Positions 1-8,519 are shown, numbered from the stretch's first letter. The stretch: 64,000 nt of DNA from Candidatus Nomurabacteria bacterium (GCA_020631855.1 JACKGU010000002.1:159447-223446); one strand, 5' to 3'. Made by a program: numbers and translations. Notes: generated by a model not told the origin, from the letters alone.

Positions 1-364
1 TTACTAAGTTTGCTTCTCTGTCGCCTCCAATTTCGTGATTACATATAAGATAATACACTCTTTTAATAGACTCTATTGGAAACTCTAACGTCATCATCAT
101 AGCCGATACGATATCAGCACCTCTGTGTGAATGCCTAATTTTATAGTCAATGAATTCCTCATTTTCTACTTGAGTCATCTTTTCAAACCAACACCTATCC
201 ATATCGTGTGCAAAAATTGCTAATTTCATTTCTTGAGTTGCATTTGGTTCTAATTTTAAGAGCCAATCAAGTGAGTTTTGGGCGTGAGTAATATAATCTG
301 GTCTACGAGATTCAGAAATTATCTTTTCTAATAAACTTTTTAAGTTAACCCATTTGTTTTCCAT
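1..364 (-). CDS. Hypothetical protein, possibly HD-domain-like; N-terminal part only, gene runs off the window start
   Basis: Reverse-strand ATG at 362-364. Translation MENKWVNLKSLLEKI...FAHDMDR...HSHRGADIV has H/D-rich motifs. No in-frame stop before position 1. Confidence 0.35.
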   Translation of the reverse strand, partial: MENKWVNLKSLLEKIISESRRPDYITHAQNSLDWLLKLEPNATQEMKLAIFAHDMDRCWFEKMTQVENEEFIDYKIRHSHRGADIVSAMMMTLEFPIESIKRVYYLICNHEIGGDREANLV

Positions 365-391
365 AATGATATTTTATCTTATTTATGCAAA

Positions 392-496
392 AGTTCGACT
401 TTCCCACCCACTATCTAAAATTAATGTCTGTTTTTAGTTGTTGTTAAAGGAAATAAAATTTGGTGGACTATTGTGTGCGATGTTGCGAACTTTTTT
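392..496. repeat. Copy A of ~110-bp intergenic element with tRNA-Phe 3'-end-like inverted termini
   Basis: Left end AAGTTCGACTTTCCCACCCACTAT, right end TGGTGGACTATTGTGTGCGATGTTGCGAACTTTTTT. Same blocks recur at 1260, 1995, 2876 and 3701. Confidence 0.8.
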
Positions 497-522
497 ACAA
501 AAAATAAAGTTATAATTACTTC

Positions 523-1254
523 ATGAGTCCAGAAGAATTTGTGATAAAAGTTACAGATGCTTATAAGAGTTATAAGGGCATTTTCAAAAATCATAAAAAT
601 GCGGAAAATTTGGCTCCAGAAGGTTCAGAACAATTTAAGTCACTATTTTTGTTTTATGTTATCCAATTGGATTATGCAACTAAGTCTCAAAGGCTTTATG
701 AAGGTGCACGCACTTTAATTTCAAAAAATCCTAGCTTTTTTATACCTAATAATATAGTAAATACAGATGAGGAGACTCTAAGGACTACGCTCACTAATTA
801 TCTTCATCCTAGATACATTAATGAAGCAGTTTTGCGTTATAAAACAAATTCACAAGTGCTAGAAACTAGTTATGAAGGTAATCCAATAAACATTTTTAAG
901 AATGCAGATTCTATAAAAGTTATCGAGAAAAGAATTAAAGATTTTAGAGGTTTTGGTCCCAAAATTGGCAACTTTTTTATTAGAACTATGATAAATACCT
1001 TTAATTTTCAATTTAATGATATTGAACTTATGCTACCACCTGTTGATATCCACGATGTCCGTATAGCGTATCTAATGGGTTTTATAGAAACTATGGATAT
1101 GACTCAAAAGAACATTATGAAAACTAAATTGCTTTGGAGCGCTGCCTGTAAAAAATCAAAGGTTAGTTGGCTAGATTTTGATAAGGCACTATGGTTATTA
1201 GGGTCAGAAGGTACTCCTAAAACTAAAGATGATATTTTGAAGTTGATTAGTTAG
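523..1254 (+). CDS. HhH-GPD superfamily DNA glycosylase-like protein
   Basis: RGFGPKIGNFFIRTM followed by LPPVDIHDVRIAYLMGF resembles the endonuclease III helix-hairpin-helix (GVGxKTA ... VDTHVxRVxxRLG). It is a paralogue of ORF 2112-2846. Confidence 0.4.
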   Translation: MSPEEFVIKVTDAYKSYKGIFKNHKNAENLAPEGSEQFKSLFLFYVIQLDYATKSQRLYEGARTLISKNPSFFIPNNIVNTDEETLRTTLTNYLHPRYINEAVLRYKTNSQVLETSYEGNPINIFKNADSIKVIEKRIKDFRGFGPKIGNFFIRTMINTFNFQFNDIELMLPPVDIHDVRIAYLMGFIETMDMTQKNIMKTKLLWSAACKKSKVSWLDFDKALWLLGSEGTPKTKDDILKLIS

Positions 1255-1259
1255 ATTAC

Positions 1260-1365
1260 TGTTCGAAATTCCCACTCTCTATCCAAAATCGACCATTCTT
1301 TTTAGTTGTAATAATGGGGACAAATCACTGGTGGACTATTATGAACGATGTTGTGAACTTTTTTC
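1260..1365. repeat. Copy B of tRNA-Phe-derived inverted-repeat element
   Basis: GTTCGAAATTCCCACTCTCTATCCAAAATCGA ... TGGTGGACTATTATGAACGATGTTGTGAACTTTTTTC. Confidence 0.8.
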
Positions 1366-1980
1366 TAGCACCAAATCCTCAAACTGTTTATACAATGAAT
1401 TAATATAGTTTAGTACTTCTGGATTTTTGCTAATAATTTCGATATTTTCTTTAATCTCGTCAGCAACTTCCTGTCCCAACTTAATTCTTTTTACAAATGT
1501 GTCAATACTTTTATTATCGGGTTGTCTCGAAAAGTAATCCTGAAGTGTTCTATGCCAATAATCAACTGTTTGCCTATTTAAACCTACTTCTAGTTCACTT
1601 TGTAATACATTGTTAAATAACTCTATATAGTTTTCCCAGTTATCTATTTTTGCATATAGTGTGCTGTCCTCAAGAAATTTAATAGATTGAGTTATAAATT
1701 TTGATTCAGGACATTTTGAATATAAATCGTAAGAAAGTAAAAAGTTTTCTCTAACTCTATCTACAATCGAATGGAGTTTTAATCCTGCAGTAAAAGACTT
1801 TTCTTGCTTTGTTTCATTAAGAGCTGCATTTGGGAAGTGTGTTTTATTTCTATCAATAGTACCCAAGTATCTAATGTCAGGTAGACTTGTCCCAATAATA
1901 AAGTCATTGAATGATTTATCTGAAAAATGTTGATTGTATATTTTCTTGGTTAGTACTATATGAGTAATTGGTGCTGCCAT
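1339..1980 (-). CDS. Hypothetical protein; 3' end reads into repeat copy B
   Basis: 213-aa ORF. Its C-terminal residues ...SSQHRS are encoded by the repeat, as in ORF 2966-3673. Confidence 0.45.
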   Translation of the reverse strand: MAAPITHIVLTKKIYNQHFSDKSFNDFIIGTSLPDIRYLGTIDRNKTHFPNAALNETKQEKSFTAGLKLHSIVDRVRENFLLSYDLYSKCPESKFITQSIKFLEDSTLYAKIDNWENYIELFNNVLQSELEVGLNRQTVDYWHRTLQDYFSRQPDNKSIDTFVKRIKLGQEVADEIKENIEIISKNPEVLNYINSLYKQFEDLVLEKSSQHRS

Positions 1981-1994
1981 AAATAAATTATAGC

Positions 1995-2112
1995 AGTCGA
2001 ACTAATTCCCACCCACTATATACAAAATCGAAAAATATTTGGTTGCTACAAGAGGATAAAACTGCTGTAAATTTCTATGGTAGAGTATTATGAACAACGT
2101 TGAGAACTTTTT
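1995..2112. repeat. Copy C of tRNA-Phe-derived inverted-repeat element
   Basis: AGTCGAACTAATTCCCACCCACTATATACAAAATCGAAAAATATTT ... TGGTAGAGTATTATGAACAACGTTGAGAACTTTTTT. Confidence 0.8.
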
Positions 2113-2846
2113 TACACTTGGTATTCAAATTTAGACCTACCCCAAAACCATAAAGGAGAGTGCATATCTATTGGACTAACTCCACTACCTTTTAATACTT
2201 CTCTCCAAATTCCTGAAATCTTTTCTCTAGACATTTCTTTTTCTGTATTTTGTATTACTCCTAGCTTAATAGATGCCTGAATCACGTGTGTATCTGGCGC
2301 AATTTCAATAAAATCTCTGTTTCTTAAAGGAACTTCGCAATATCTTTCCATAATGTATAACCAATAATTAAAGATTTTAGGTCCAGATAGGTATGGAAAT
2401 GATTTTTTACGCTCTTTTTGGATTACCTCTCTGATTTTTAGTACGTCATCTTCATATGTCTTAAAAAAGTTAGGAATGTCTTTTGCCAAACTTGAAAAAC
2501 CTTCAGAAATTCTATACCAAGTATTTATGTGTTTGTTTGATTGTAGAGCCAGTCTGTATCTAAGTAAATCATCCCTTATTGAATCCTCATTTTTTTCTGA
2601 TACCTTTAATAAATCAAAAACATAATTAGTATCTTTATCTAAGAAGGTTTTTGTGGCGGCTTCCCAAAGTTTATAACTATTTCTTTGATAATTTAGACTC
2701 ATTGGGAGAGTAAAATAAGCAAATTTAGTTGATAAGGAGTATCCCTCAAACGAGGGGTGTGCATCCTCTGGCATTACAATATTACCTAAAGTACCATCGA
2801 GATATGCCTTATATAAATTAAGACACTTGCTTTGAATGGAGCCCAT
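2112..2846 (-). CDS. HhH-GPD superfamily DNA glycosylase-like protein, paralogue of 523-1254
   Basis: LSGPKIFNYWLYIM ... IAPDTHVIQASIKLGVI ... PLWFWG aligns with GFGPKIGNFFIRTM ... LPPVDIHDVRIAYLMGF ... ALWLLG of ORF 523-1254. Confidence 0.4.
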   Translation of the reverse strand: MGSIQSKCLNLYKAYLDGTLGNIVMPEDAHPSFEGYSLSTKFAYFTLPMSLNYQRNSYKLWEAATKTFLDKDTNYVFDLLKVSEKNEDSIRDDLLRYRLALQSNKHINTWYRISEGFSSLAKDIPNFFKTYEDDVLKIREVIQKERKKSFPYLSGPKIFNYWLYIMERYCEVPLRNRDFIEIAPDTHVIQASIKLGVIQNTEKEMSREKISGIWREVLKGSGVSPIDMHSPLWFWGRSKFEYQV

Positions 2847-2875
2847 ATAAAGATTTTATAATGGATTTAGAATTA

Positions 2876-2993
2876 GTTCGACTCTCCCACCCACTATATA
2901 AAAAATCGAAAAATATTTTGTTGTTACAAAGGGATAAAGTAAGTATATATTTCTATGGTGGAGTATCATGAACGATGTTGTGAACTTTTTTTA
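2876..2993. repeat. Copy D of tRNA-Phe-derived inverted-repeat element
   Basis: AGTTCGACTCTCCCACCCACTATATAAAAAATCGAAAAATATTTTGTTGTTACAAAGGG ... TGGTGGAGTATCATGAACGATGTTGTGAACTTTTTTT. Confidence 0.8.
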
Positions 2994-3673
2994 TAATAAT
3001 ACTCTTTTTTTAGATACAACAAATGCATGAGATTGTGAATAAAATTATGTTTCAAACTCACCTGACTTTTGTACATTCTTAATGTTTTTAGTTTATGAAT
3101 AAGCTCTCCAAGTGACAAGGTTAATACAACATTTGCCTCAATAGGCACTACTTCATCAGGGTTTTTTGCCATTCTTAAAGAGTCTTTTGAGGGTTTGTAT
3201 CTTGAGGATACCGTGGAGTATAAGATAATATAGTTAAATTCACTTTGTAATTCTGTAACTATTTTGGAAACTACAATATGGTCAGGATGACCATATACCC
3301 CACAAGGTTCATATGTAACAACATGTGAGGGCTTGTATTCATTAATTTGGCTAGCAAGTGTTTGAGCTAGAGCATCGTCATTTTCAAGCATCCCATCAGT
3401 AAAATTTAGTAAAGTATAATCTCTAACACCCAGAAAACTCATTACATCATAAAACTCCTTCTCTCTAACTTTTGATAGATTCTCATTTTCAACTCCAAAT
3501 TTAAGTGTTGAGTTGTCACCTTTTGTTAGACAAACAACTTTACAGGCTATTTCACTATCTACTAAATGTTTAATTAAATTTGCACTCGCATATGACTCAT
3601 CATCGGGATGTGGATATACAAAAAGCACTTTTGAGTTTGTAGAAATATCTAATAAATTTAACCAGCTCGTCAT
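2966..3673 (-). CDS. PIG-L/LmbE family N-acetylglucosaminyl deacetylase
   Basis: VLFVYPHPDDES and GVYGHPDH(I) are hallmark LmbE/PIG-L motifs. The C-terminal ...SSQHRS is again encoded by a repeat copy. Confidence 0.7.
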   Translation of the reverse strand: MTSWLNLLDISTNSKVLFVYPHPDDESYASANLIKHLVDSEIACKVVCLTKGDNSTLKFGVENENLSKVREKEFYDVMSFLGVRDYTLLNFTDGMLENDDALAQTLASQINEYKPSHVVTYEPCGVYGHPDHIVVSKIVTELQSEFNYIILYSTVSSRYKPSKDSLRMAKNPDEVVPIEANVVLTLSLGELIHKLKTLRMYKSQVSLKHNFIHNLMHLLYLKKEYYYKKSSQHRS

Positions 3674-3700
3674 GATTTAATTTTAACTTATTTATGAGAA

Positions 3701-3769
3701 AGTTCGACTTTACCCTCCACTATCCAAAAGGGGTGTCTATTTTATGCTGTTGTTATAGGAAATAAAATT
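3701..3769. repeat. Copy E of the element, 5' block only, fused directly to the genuine tRNA-Phe 3' end
   Basis: AGTTCGACTTTACCCTCCACTATCCAAAAGGGG ... GTTGTTATAGGAAATAAAATTTGG then runs into the tRNA. In copy A the same GGAAATAAAATTTGGTGG is followed by the tRNA-mimic block. Confidence 0.7.
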
Positions 3770-3845
3770 TGGTGGGGAGGGTGGGAATCGAACCCACATA
3801 GCCGGTTTTTCAGACCGGTGCCGTGACCAACTTGGCTACCGCCCC
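3770..3845 (-). tRNA. tRNA-Phe (GAA), CCA encoded
   Basis: Reverse complement GGGGCGGTAGCCAAGTTGGTCACGGCACCGGTCTGAAAAACCGGCTATGTGGGTTCGATTCCCACCCTCCCCACCA. Anticodon loop CTGAAAA. Confidence 0.85.
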
Positions 3846-3970
3846 TTAATTTTCTTATTCTTTGCAATCAAACAACGATATTCTAGCTAGAATATGAATC
3901 ATAATATCAAATATACCTTGCGCTTACAAACCCTATTTGATAAGATCATTAAAGCATTAAACCAAATATT

Positions 3971-5362
3971 ATGAAAAGAACATACGTAATAGACACCCTT
4001 AAAGAGATAGGAAATACTGTAAAATTACAAGGTTGGGTCGACAGTAAGAGGGACCATGGAAAAGTAACATTTATAGATCTTCGAGATACAACTGGTGTTG
4101 TTCAGTGTGTAGGCGTGAAGATTATGTCTGAGCTTGGAACTGAGTGGGTTGTTGAGCTTGTTGGGGTTGTCAAGGCTCGCCCTGACAACATGCTTAATGA
4201 TTTAATGCCGACGGGCACTATAGAGCTTGAAGTTTTAGAATATAGTGTTCTAAATAAATGCAAAGAACTCCCCATCCCAATTAATACAGACGGTAAAGAG
4301 ATTAATGAAGAGAGCAGGTTAAAATACAGATACCTCGATCTTAGAAGACAAAGGATGGCAAAAATCATTAAACTAAGATCTAAGCTAAACGGCGAGTTTA
4401 GAAAGGCACTAGAAGAACACAGGTTTATTGAGGTAGAGACCCCAATGCTTACTAAATCAACCAAGGAAGGTGCAAGGGACTTCATTGTTCCTTCAAGGCA
4501 TAATCCCGGCAAATTTTACGCACTTCCACAAAGCCCTCAGCAGTATAAACAGCTTTTAATGACGGCAGGCGTAGAAAGATACTTCCAGTTTGCTAGATGT
4601 ATAAGAGACGAGGACCTAAGAGCCGACAGAGGCTATGAGTTTACACAGCTTGACCTTGAAATGAGCTTTGTATCACAAGAAGAAATAATGTCAGCAGTAG
4701 AAGATATAGTAAAGAAAGCCGTGACTTCAGTGGGCGGAAAGCTAAAAGAATCCACCTTTCCTGTTATAAATTACTACGACGCCTTAAATAAGTATGGGGC
4801 AGATAAATTTGATTTAAGGACAGACACAGAAAAGAAGGAAGGCGTTTTGGCTTTCGCATGGGTCATAAACTTCCCCTTCTTTAAGAAAGTAGATACCTCT
4901 GACGCAGCAGAAGTTCAGGACGGAAAAAGTGGGTGGACTTTTACTCATAATCCATTCAGCTCTCCAATACCAGAACACGTAGAGTGGCACCTTCAGCAAA
5001 AAAATATAGATAAGATAGTAACTGCTCAATATGATCTTGTTTGTAATGGGTACGAGGTTGGTGGCGGAAGTGTTCGAGCACATAACCCAGAAATTCTTAA
5101 AGCAACCTTCAAAATTATGGGTTATTCTGACGCAGAGATCCATGAGGGGGTTGGGCACATGTTAGAGGCGTTCGAACTGGGCACTCCTCCCCACGGAGGG
5201 ATAGCTTTAGGTGTGGACAGGCTTGTAATAATTCTTGCCGGAGAAGACTCGCTAAAGGAGTCTATAGCTTTTCCAATGACATCCTCAGGACGTACTGCTG
5301 TAATGGACGCGCCCAGCGAAGTGAGTGAAAAACAGCTAAAAGAACTGCACATAAAGCTATAA
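3971..5362 (+). CDS. aspS: Aspartyl-tRNA synthetase, short form lacking the bacterial GAD insertion
   Basis: Class II motifs FYALPQSPQQYKQLLM, ERYFQFARCIRDEDLRADR and EFTQLDLEMSF. The 463-aa length matches archaeal/ND-type AspRS. Confidence 0.8.
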   Translation: MKRTYVIDTLKEIGNTVKLQGWVDSKRDHGKVTFIDLRDTTGVVQCVGVKIMSELGTEWVVELVGVVKARPDNMLNDLMPTGTIELEVLEYSVLNKCKELPIPINTDGKEINEESRLKYRYLDLRRQRMAKIIKLRSKLNGEFRKALEEHRFIEVETPMLTKSTKEGARDFIVPSRHNPGKFYALPQSPQQYKQLLMTAGVERYFQFARCIRDEDLRADRGYEFTQLDLEMSFVSQEEIMSAVEDIVKKAVTSVGGKLKESTFPVINYYDALNKYGADKFDLRTDTEKKEGVLAFAWVINFPFFKKVDTSDAAEVQDGKSGWTFTHNPFSSPIPEHVEWHLQQKNIDKIVTAQYDLVCNGYEVGGGSVRAHNPEILKATFKIMGYSDAEIHEGVGHMLEAFELGTPPHGGIALGVDRLVIILAGEDSLKESIAFPMTSSGRTAVMDAPSEVSEKQLKELHIKL

Positions 5363-5397
5363 GAATAGTTGCCACATTTAACTTATAGTGGTAAAAT

Positions 5398-5856
5398 TTG
5401 GCAATGAGTTCTTACACAGATGGAGCAAAAAGCGGAAAAGCAGAGCAGCTTGGCGTTGCAGACCTTTACAGTTTTTTTCAAAGGTACGCAGAGGGCGAAA
5501 CAGTTACCCAAGATATTCTTTTTCCTCCTCTGTATGTAGATCGAGAACTTCTTTTTTGTAGAATAATATCAGATGAAAGTGGCCCCCGCCTTCGTGTTTT
5601 AAAATTTACTGGAGAAACATATGACTATAGCATTTCAAGTCGAGGCGAGGGCGAACTTGTATTAATGAGCGCGCTCGGCCCAAATTCATCTGGAGTTATT
5701 GCATACGCAAGTCAATGTGCAATATATAGAAGAGGCGCAGAAGCGGGAGAAAATAGCGCTCATCTTACAAATTTTTTATATGCTCATAAGAATAATCCGC
5801 AAACCGTTGCGGATCAATTCTCCACAAAAGCGGCATCAGAAGAAATACAAAGATAA
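5398..5856 (+). CDS. Hypothetical protein
   Basis: 152-aa ORF downstream of aspS with no recognisable motif. Confidence 0.35.
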   Translation: MAMSSYTDGAKSGKAEQLGVADLYSFFQRYAEGETVTQDILFPPLYVDRELLFCRIISDESGPRLRVLKFTGETYDYSISSRGEGELVLMSALGPNSSGVIAYASQCAIYRRGAEAGENSAHLTNFLYAHKNNPQTVADQFSTKAASEEIQR

Positions 5857-5858
5857 AT

Positions 5859-6455
5859 TTAAAAACTATTTATCTCAGGTAAAACTCCTTTCGGGGCATA
5901 CCAATCTGTAATATCGATGTTTTTAGCGGCGTTGCCATCTTTTATTTCAAAAACAACCGGAGAATGGTCCGTACATTCAATAGTAAGACCACATAGTACA
6001 GCTTCTGTATACGCGCCTGAGGTTTCCGGTTGATCTTTTACATAAGCAACCGCAATGTATTTACCGTCTGCAAGTCCTTGTAAAAAATACTCACTTTGGT
6101 TGTAGCTGGTTATGATGGTTACATTTTTGTTTTTGCTGTCTTGATTAATAAAATAAACCTCAAGTTGGGGGATGTTTTCGCCGGGATAACCTAGCCGGCC
6201 CGATACTGAACCCTTTTGAGTGAATTCCTCTGAAAACCTTAGTTCAAAGGACATGCCATCATCTTCAGGAATGTCCGTTTTTTTGATGCTTGTTTCGGAA
6301 ATATTTGTGGGTATAGCTTGTTCTGTTGTTTGTGTTACCTTTTTGATCTTAGAATTTTCCCTATAGTTGTAAAAGAAAGATAAATTAAGAAATATTACTG
6401 AGCCTAGAAGAAAAAAAACAACGCTTATAAGTGCGATTTTCTTAAACATTTTCAT
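5859..6455 (-). CDS. Secreted or membrane-anchored hypothetical protein
   Basis: N-terminal signal/TM MKMFKKIALISVVFFLLGSVIFL. Its stop overlaps the start of the upstream gene. Confidence 0.5.
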   Translation of the reverse strand: MKMFKKIALISVVFFLLGSVIFLNLSFFYNYRENSKIKKVTQTTEQAIPTNISETSIKKTDIPEDDGMSFELRFSEEFTQKGSVSGRLGYPGENIPQLEVYFINQDSKNKNVTIITSYNQSEYFLQGLADGKYIAVAYVKDQPETSGAYTEAVLCGLTIECTDHSPVVFEIKDGNAAKNIDITDWYAPKGVLPEINSF

Positions 6456-7165
6456 TAAGATAGTATAGCAAAGTTTTTAAGTATTTTCTTAACCACGAGC
6501 TCTTTGTTGTATTTTATGTTTAGTGAGTTTCCGGCATATTCAGGGTAAAGAGAAAGCCTATAATTTACGTCTTCCACATCAAGCTCTGAGTGAAATTGCA
6601 GGCCGTAGGTAGCACGACCTAATCTGTATGCCTGTATTTCGCACTTTTCACTAGAGGCAAGTAACGCTGCTCCTATAGGAAGTTTAACAACCGATGATTT
6701 ATGCCCCTCAATGGCATAAAAGTCTTTATCAATGCCCGAAAATATCGGGTCATTCAGACCATTCGCGTTCAGCGTTATTTTATTGAGCCCGGTCTCCGCT
6801 TTTGATTTATCCTCCACAACTTCCCCGCCATATAAATGCGCTATTAGCTGGTGTCCAAAACAAACCCCCAATAAAGGAATTTCCCTTTCAATAATATGCG
6901 ATAGAAGTGGTTTTGATTTTTCTACCATACCCTTAAATAAAGCTTTCTTTTTAGGATTTTTTTCTTCAAATCCCGATTCGCCGAGTCCGCCAATAATTAC
7001 TTGGGTTGATTTTGAAAGCAAGGGGAGCATATCTTGGACCGTAATGTGGGGGTTTGCAACATTGACAATTTGCATTTCATTATACTTACACATGTTTGCG
7101 GAATACATACATTTGACTTCGTGCCATCCTGACTGATCGGTTCTGTATTGAAGCAGTGTTAGCAT
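6455..7165 (-). CDS. Class I glutamine amidotransferase-like protein
   Basis: LLGVCFGHQL nucleophile-elbow motif with the catalytic Cys, and a downstream His (FHSELD). Confidence 0.6.
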   Translation of the reverse strand: MLTLLQYRTDQSGWHEVKCMYSANMCKYNEMQIVNVANPHITVQDMLPLLSKSTQVIIGGLGESGFEEKNPKKKALFKGMVEKSKPLLSHIIEREIPLLGVCFGHQLIAHLYGGEVVEDKSKAETGLNKITLNANGLNDPIFSGIDKDFYAIEGHKSSVVKLPIGAALLASSEKCEIQAYRLGRATYGLQFHSELDVEDVNYRLSLYPEYAGNSLNIKYNKELVVKKILKNFAILS

Positions 7166-7266
7166 ATTAAGGATTATAGCAAAGTTTTGTTGTTACTTAA
7201 ATCTATAGCAAGAGAAAAACAGATCGAGTTCATTTCTTTTCTTAAGTGTTTATTTTGGGTGTAAGG

Positions 7267-7340
7267 TGGAGCGAGAGACGGGACTCGAACCCGCGGCCTC
7301 TTCCTTGGCAAGGAAGCGTTCTACCACTGAACTACTCTCG
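7267..7340 (-). tRNA. tRNA-Gly (GCC), CCA encoded
   Basis: Reverse complement GCGAGAGTAGTTCAGTGGTAGAACGCTTCCTTGCCAAGGAAGAGGCCGCGGGTTCGAGTCCCGTCTCTCGCTCCA. Confidence 0.85.
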
Positions 7341-7515
7341 CATAGACGAATATAGTAGATTTTAGCATATTTCTATATTATATGTCGTATTTATATGCAA
7401 TGCCGGTGATGGGCGCTTTGCGTTGTAATAGAAGGTAAAATCCTTATATACTTCAACAGGATCGTTAATGTTTGTGTTTTGCGAGTTTTATTTATTTTTA
7501 CAGGATTTTCTAAAA

Positions 7516-8226
7516 TTAGCTCAATTTTCGAAGGAGCTTATCTTTAATTGCTTCAGAATAACTGGAGTAGTTTATCTTCTTGCTTTTGCTGGCCTCTTCG
7601 TCAGCTCTTGAAACTTTAGCCCACAAAATGTTTCCTAGCTCATTTACAGAGTTTTCTAAGAGCTCTGAAATCGATACGGTAAAACCGGCAACCGACACAG
7701 TTGGAGGGAATATTGTATTAAAAATGTTTATATCTTCTCTTTTCGCATTATCGAAAACTTCCGGGCTAAAATTGTACGGGATTCCTGATGCGTACTCTCT
7801 TACTTTTTCGCCCATTATTGTAGCTGTTTCGTAATCTACCCAAGGAAGGTCGAGCTCCTTATAATAAGCCTCGTCCTCTATAGAAATTAGGGGATTTGTT
7901 GTGATCACTATGCCTTCATCTCCGCTCAACCTAGAAACTATAGCGTTTCTGGAACTTGCCTTTATTCTCTGTACTGCGCAAACTGTTGCTATAGTTCCGC
8001 ACCCCACAGGCTCTCTCCCTAAATAGTGATTAATGTCTTTTTGATGATTTATGTCAAAAAAATATATAGCAATCTGCGGATGGTTTTTTAAAAGTGAAGA
8101 AATAATGTGAATTGCCCCTACTCTGTTTGGCAGACCGGTCATCTCGTCTGTTAACAGCGCCGCTTTATACATTGGCATTTTAGGAAAATATTTTGTATAT
8201 TCAGGTTTTTTGTATTTATTGGGCAT
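7516..8226 (-). CDS. Stand-alone degenerate GGDEF-domain protein (SGDEG in place of GGDEF)
   Basis: DEMTGLPNR ... IAIYFFDINHQKDINHYLG ... VSRLSGDEGIV tracks the diguanylate cyclase consensus LTGLxNRR ... DiDhFKxiNDxyGH ... RyGGDEF. Confidence 0.45.
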   Translation of the reverse strand: MPNKYKKPEYTKYFPKMPMYKAALLTDEMTGLPNRVGAIHIISSLLKNHPQIAIYFFDINHQKDINHYLGREPVGCGTIATVCAVQRIKASSRNAIVSRLSGDEGIVITTNPLISIEDEAYYKELDLPWVDYETATIMGEKVREYASGIPYNFSPEVFDNAKREDINIFNTIFPPTVSVAGFTVSISELLENSVNELGNILWAKVSRADEEASKSKKINYSSYSEAIKDKLLRKLS

Positions 8227-8249
8227 ATAACAAACTATCTATGCTATTT

Positions 8250-8324
8250 TGGAGCGAGAGACGGGATTCGAACCCGCGGCCTCTTCCTTGGGAAGGAAGC
8301 ATTCTACCACTGAACTACTCTCGC
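8250..8324 (-). tRNA. tRNA-Gly (CCC), CCA encoded
   Basis: Same scaffold as tRNA-Gly(GCC), with anticodon loop TTCCCAA. Confidence 0.85.
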
Positions 8325-8432
8325 GCTCGCAACTTTTTTATTGTATACCATGGCTTGAGATAGTAAAAGAGTCTGACTGCACCAAAATTTAAATTTGGAT
8401 TATAAGAAATATGTTTAGATACCAAGTCTTTA

Positions 8433-8519
8433 TGGTGGGCAAGACAGGACTTGAACCTGCACAGGATTTCTCCCACAACGACCTCAACGTTGCGCGTATA
8501 CCATTCCGCCACTTGCCCG
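8433..8519 (-). tRNA. tRNA-Leu (GAG), long variable arm, CCA encoded
   Basis: Reverse complement CGGGCAAGTGGCGGAATGGTATACGCGCAACGTTGAGGTCGTTG...GGTTCAAGTCCTGTCTTGCCCACCA. Confidence 0.8.

Noticed and set aside
392-3769. Integron attC cassette array
   Set aside because: The terminal cores do not match GTTRRRY/RYYYAAC. The cassette genes are in mixed orientation. No intI is visible in the window, so a tRNA-derived TIR element fits better.
4102-5352. Minus-strand ORFs inside aspS (4102-4512, 4814-5158, 5122-5352) and similar antisense ORFs inside leuS, the ABC genes, hsdM/hsdR and others
   Set aside because: They are embedded antisense in well-supported genes and are Ser/Leu-rich, which is a translation artefact.
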